Assembly (NCBI RefSeq): GCF_004353825.1
Contig: NZ_SMNA01000002.1
Coordinates: forward strand, 124,001-188,000
Direction: 5' to 3'
Length of the DNA stretch: 64,000 bases
From: Occultella glacieicola
GTDB taxonomy: Bacteria > Actinomycetota > Actinomycetes > Actinomycetales > Beutenbergiaceae
Shown: piece by piece, positions 61,052-64,000 of the stretch
Position numbering within the stretch: position 1 is the first letter of the stretch
Layout of the letters: every line of letters starts with the position of its first letter
The notes under the pieces: generated by a model
Seen by the model: only the letters and a program-made list of their open reading frames with translations
Database searches by the model: none
What the model was told of the DNA's origin: nothing
Position numbers and translations under genes: made by a program

Positions 61052-62593
61052 TCACACGCGGCCCGCGGCCACCTGCGCCGACGTGATCGTGCCGGGGGCT
61101 ACCGTCACGACGCTCGCACCAGCCCCGGTGGCGCCGTCCTCGACCACCCGGATCCGGTACTGGCCCGGCGCGAGGTCGACGGCGGCGAACCATCCGGACC
61201 CGTCGGTGGTGACGGTGAACGTCTCCCCCGGGGTGCGGCCCAGGGGCCGGATCTCGACATCCACCTGGTCGGCGACCACTCCGCTGCGCAACGTCACGGT
61301 GCCCTCGAGGAGGCCGGCTGTGGGCTGGGTCTTCCAGTCCATCTCCGGAACGACCACGTCCCCGGCGAGCGGGCCGGCCCGCAGGGCGGCGGTCACGGCC
61401 TCCCGTTCGGCCTCCTTGACGGCCGGGTCCGTGGACGCCGTCGCCGTCGCGCTGAAGTTGGCATAGGAGTATCCGCTCCAACCGTCGAACCCGGCATCGA
61501 CCGTCTCCTGCGCCTGGGCCACGATGTCCGGCAGCTCGTTCAGGTACAGGGCCGGACCGTTCACCACGTGCCGGTCGGCGCGGAACTCGATCAGTGCGTC
61601 ATTCCACTCGGTGAACATCTGGGCCTGGGCGGGCATCCAGTTGCGCTTGTAGTTCATCGCGGTGACGGTGTCGATGATGCCCTCGTCGAGCCAGCCGACC
61701 CAGTCCTGGAGCACGTTCGTGTACGGGCGGGCGTTCTCCCAGCCGCCGTAACTGACCGGACCGAAGGCGTAGGTGATGCCGTTGATGCTGAGCCGGTCGC
61801 TCGGGTCGGAGGCGTACATCGCCACATAGATCTTGCGCACCAGTGCCGAGACCTGGTCGCGGCGCCACTGGCTGAACTCGGCGTCGGTGACAGCCGGCCG
61901 GTCGGTGCGCCCGGTCTCGGCGGCGAACCGGGCCAGGGAGGTCTCGGAGTAGCCCCAGTCGTTCTGGAACTCGCCGGCGTTGTAGTCCGGGTAGCGGATG
62001 TAGTCCAGGTTCACGCCGTCCACGTCGTAGGTGTCCGTGATCGAGGTGATCGCATCGACCACGTAGTCCACGGCGGCGGGGTTGGCCGGGTCGATGTAGG
62101 AGTTGTTGCCGACCAGCTCGGTGCCGTCCTCGCGCTGGTTCAGCCACCGGTCGGCGCCGGTGGCCGAGGGCCCGTGCGCGTTGAACGCGTGCTCCGGGGA
62201 GGTGGGCGGGGTGGCCGAGTTCCACAGGGTGGTGGCGTTCACCCAGGCGTGCACCTCGATCCCGGCGGCATGGGCGACCTCGATGATCTCCGCCAGCGGG
62301 TCGTACGGCGCAGGGTCGATCGCGGCGTCGGTCCGCGGGTAGAGCGCGTCGTTGCAGAAGCAGTCGAACCTGCGCCCGACCTGCACGATCAGGGCGTTCG
62401 CACCGAGGTCGCCGGCGTCCTCGACCAGCGCGGTCACCTGCTCGGGTGTGTAGATGCCGACGTTGAAGGCGTCGACCCAGAGTGCGCGGAACTGCTCGGA
62501 CTGTTCTTCCGGTTCGTCGGCGGTGGCCGGACCGGCCAACGCCAGGGCCGGCACCATCGCCAGACCCAGGACTGCTGCGAGTGATCGTCGCAT
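61052..62593 (-). CDS. Secreted GHL10 (DUF187/DigH-like) glycosyl hydrolase with C-terminal beta-sandwich
   Basis: Signal peptide, QFRALWVD, DPLAEII...AHAAGIEVHAW, YDVDGVNLDYIRYP, QDWVGW; RBS GGAGG. Confidence 0.87.
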   Translation of the reverse strand: MRRSLAAVLGLAMVPALALAGPATADEPEEQSEQFRALWVDAFNVGIYTPEQVTALVEDAGDLGANALIVQVGRRFDCFCNDALYPRTDAAIDPAPYDPLAEIIEVAHAAGIEVHAWVNATTLWNSATPPTSPEHAFNAHGPSATGADRWLNQREDGTELVGNNSYIDPANPAAVDYVVDAITSITDTYDVDGVNLDYIRYPDYNAGEFQNDWGYSETSLARFAAETGRTDRPAVTDAEFSQWRRDQVSALVRKIYVAMYASDPSDRLSINGITYAFGPVSYGGWENARPYTNVLQDWVGWLDEGIIDTVTAMNYKRNWMPAQAQMFTEWNDALIEFRADRHVVNGPALYLNELPDIVAQAQETVDAGFDGWSGYSYANFSATATASTDPAVKEAEREAVTAALRAGPLAGDVVVPEMDWKTQPTAGLLEGTVTLRSGVVADQVDVEIRPLGRTPGETFTVTTDGSGWFAAVDLAPGQYRIRVVEDGATGAGASVVTVAPGTITSAQVAAGRV

Positions 62594-62632
62594 GTTCCCC
62601 TCCAAGTATGAGATTGCTGTGATCGTCGATGA

Positions 62633-63526
62633 TCAGATCCCGGTGGCACCGGATCGGGTGCGGCTGTACCTCCTCTCCGTGACCGCGTCCCGGGTGGCCT
62701 CCAAGGCCGCCTGGCTCGCGTCGTAGGTGCGTTGGGCGATCGCCACGAACACGCAGTCCACGACGGTGAGCTGAGCGAGGCGGCTGGCGGTCGCCCCGGA
62801 CCGGAACGTGGTCTCCCGGGCGGCGGTGAGCAGCACATGGTCGGCTAGCCGCGCGATCGGGGACTCGGGGGCGTTCGTCAGGGCGACCGTGGTGGCGCCC
62901 CGGGCACCGGCCAGACGCAGCGCCTCGACCGTGTCGATGGTGGTCCCGGTGTGGGAGATCCCGATCGCCACATCCCGCTCGCCGAGCAGTGCGGCCGACG
63001 TGAGGGCGAGGTGGGTGTCGGAGTGGGCGAACGCGACCCGCCCGATCCGGTGCAGTTTCTGCTGCAGGTCCGTCGCCACGGTGCCGGAGGCGCCGACGCC
63101 GTAGAGATCCACCTGCCGGGCCGCCACGATGGCCTCCACCACCGCCTCGAGTTCCGGGACGGACAGGGAGCGTGCGGTGTCCTCGACGGCGCGGGCGTCG
63201 GCGTAGGCGATCTTCGCGATCACGCTCGCCAGGTCGTCACCCGCGGCGATGTCACCGGTGCGCAGCTCCCGTTCGGCGGCGGCGTCCGTGCGCCCGGTCT
63301 CGGCGGCGAGGGCGAGCCGGAACTCCCGGTACCCGCCCAGACCCAGCACGTGGCACAGCCGCATCACCGTGGTCTGGCTGACCCCGCTCGCCGCGGAGAG
63401 ATCGGTGATGGTGGACCGGGCGGCCCGGCGCGGATCGTCGAGCACGTACTCGGCCACCCGGCGCATCGAGGGCTGGAACTGGTCCAGGCCCCCGCGCAGG
63501 CGCAGCACCATCGGGGCCTGGATCAT
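62633..63526 (-). CDS. MurR/RpiR family transcriptional regulator
   Basis: RRVAEYVL, SGVSQTTVMRLC..LG..GY, YGVGAS, ISHTG SIS domain; ATGA overlap with murQ. Confidence 0.92.
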   Translation of the reverse strand: MIQAPMVLRLRGGLDQFQPSMRRVAEYVLDDPRRAARSTITDLSAASGVSQTTVMRLCHVLGLGGYREFRLALAAETGRTDAAAERELRTGDIAAGDDLASVIAKIAYADARAVEDTARSLSVPELEAVVEAIVAARQVDLYGVGASGTVATDLQQKLHRIGRVAFAHSDTHLALTSAALLGERDVAIGISHTGTTIDTVEALRLAGARGATTVALTNAPESPIARLADHVLLTAARETTFRSGATASRLAQLTVVDCVFVAIAQRTYDASQAALEATRDAVTERRYSRTRSGATGI

Positions 63527-64000
63527 CCGTGACGTTCTCCACGGGCCGCGGCGACGGCCGAGCGCACCCCACCGGGATCGGCCGACCGGGTCGCGTCGGG
63601 CGGGAACTGGGCGATCAGCTCCCGCGCCTGGCTCACGTCGATCCCGGCGATCAGCGCCACCAGCGCGGTGCGCGGGTCCCCCGCCGCGGCCAGCACGGCC
63701 GCGCACCGCTCCGGGTCCTGGTCGGTGGCCTGGACCAGCATCCGCACGGTTCGGGCCCGGAGCTTCTGGTTCGTGGGGGCCACCTCGGTCATCAGGTTCG
63801 AGTACGTCTTGCCGAGCCGGACCATGACGGCGGTGGAGAACATGTTCAAGACCATCTTCTGCGCGGTGCCCGCCTTCATCCGCGTGGAGCCGGTGATCAC
63901 CTCCGGCCCGGTGTCGACCAGGACGGCCACGTCCACGCCGTCGGCCAGGGTGGCGCGGGGGTTCGTGGCGATCAGGGCGGTCCGGGCACCGCGCGCCCGG
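63523..64000 (-). CDS. murQ: N-acetylmuramic acid 6-phosphate etherase (N-terminal part lies beyond the window end)
   Basis: DTGPEVITGSTRMKAGTAQKMVLNMFST, GKTYSNLM, TNQKLRAR. Confidence 0.93.
   Translation of the reverse strand, partial: RARGARTALIATNPRATLADGVDVAVLVDTGPEVITGSTRMKAGTAQKMVLNMFSTAVMVRLGKTYSNLMTEVAPTNQKLRARTVRMLVQATDQDPERCAAVLAAAGDPRTALVALIAGIDVSQARELIAQFPPDATRSADPGGVRSAVAAARGERHG

Overview
High-GC actinobacterial chromosome segment, probably Micrococcales (inferred from gene order and protein style). No prophage, IS, integrase or CRISPR array was recognised. In order, the window holds: an assimilatory nitrate reductase (partial) and NarK transporter with a GlnR-like box; chorismate mutase; a baeRF2-type release-factor homologue; cbs-metB and LysR; an organosulfur-scavenging operon (family-5 ABC transporter, two LLM monooxygenases, a degenerate alpha/beta hydrolase); an ECF42 sigma/DGPF module; clpX-clpP2-clpP1-tig; accessory detox genes; tRNA-Pro and tRNA-Gly; Cys-free rpsN/rpmE2/rpmF; YtrA and PadR modules; cysK-cysE; rpiB; pepO; an Rv2466c-like gene; pepN; malQ with split PTS genes (EIIA, EIIB, EI); glbO-tesB; LacI with a large secreted GH2; and GHL10-murR-murQ (partial). 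The most interesting signal lies below the ORF-track size cutoff. Three unannotated Cys-rich short ORFs (MVLCIRLCCC, MTRSNL...RCRECPCGRARMSCCRP, MENGVRTRITRACLMCCCR) precede cbs-metB, the ABC/LLM operon and a rhodanese-fold gene that has no cysteine. A 17-bp GTCTCA-N5-TGAGAC-type box sits at the same distance (49 nt) upstream of the LysR start and the third short ORF. Together these suggest a layered cysteine-sensing sulfur regulon. Functional calls come from motif recognition by eye; no database searches were run.
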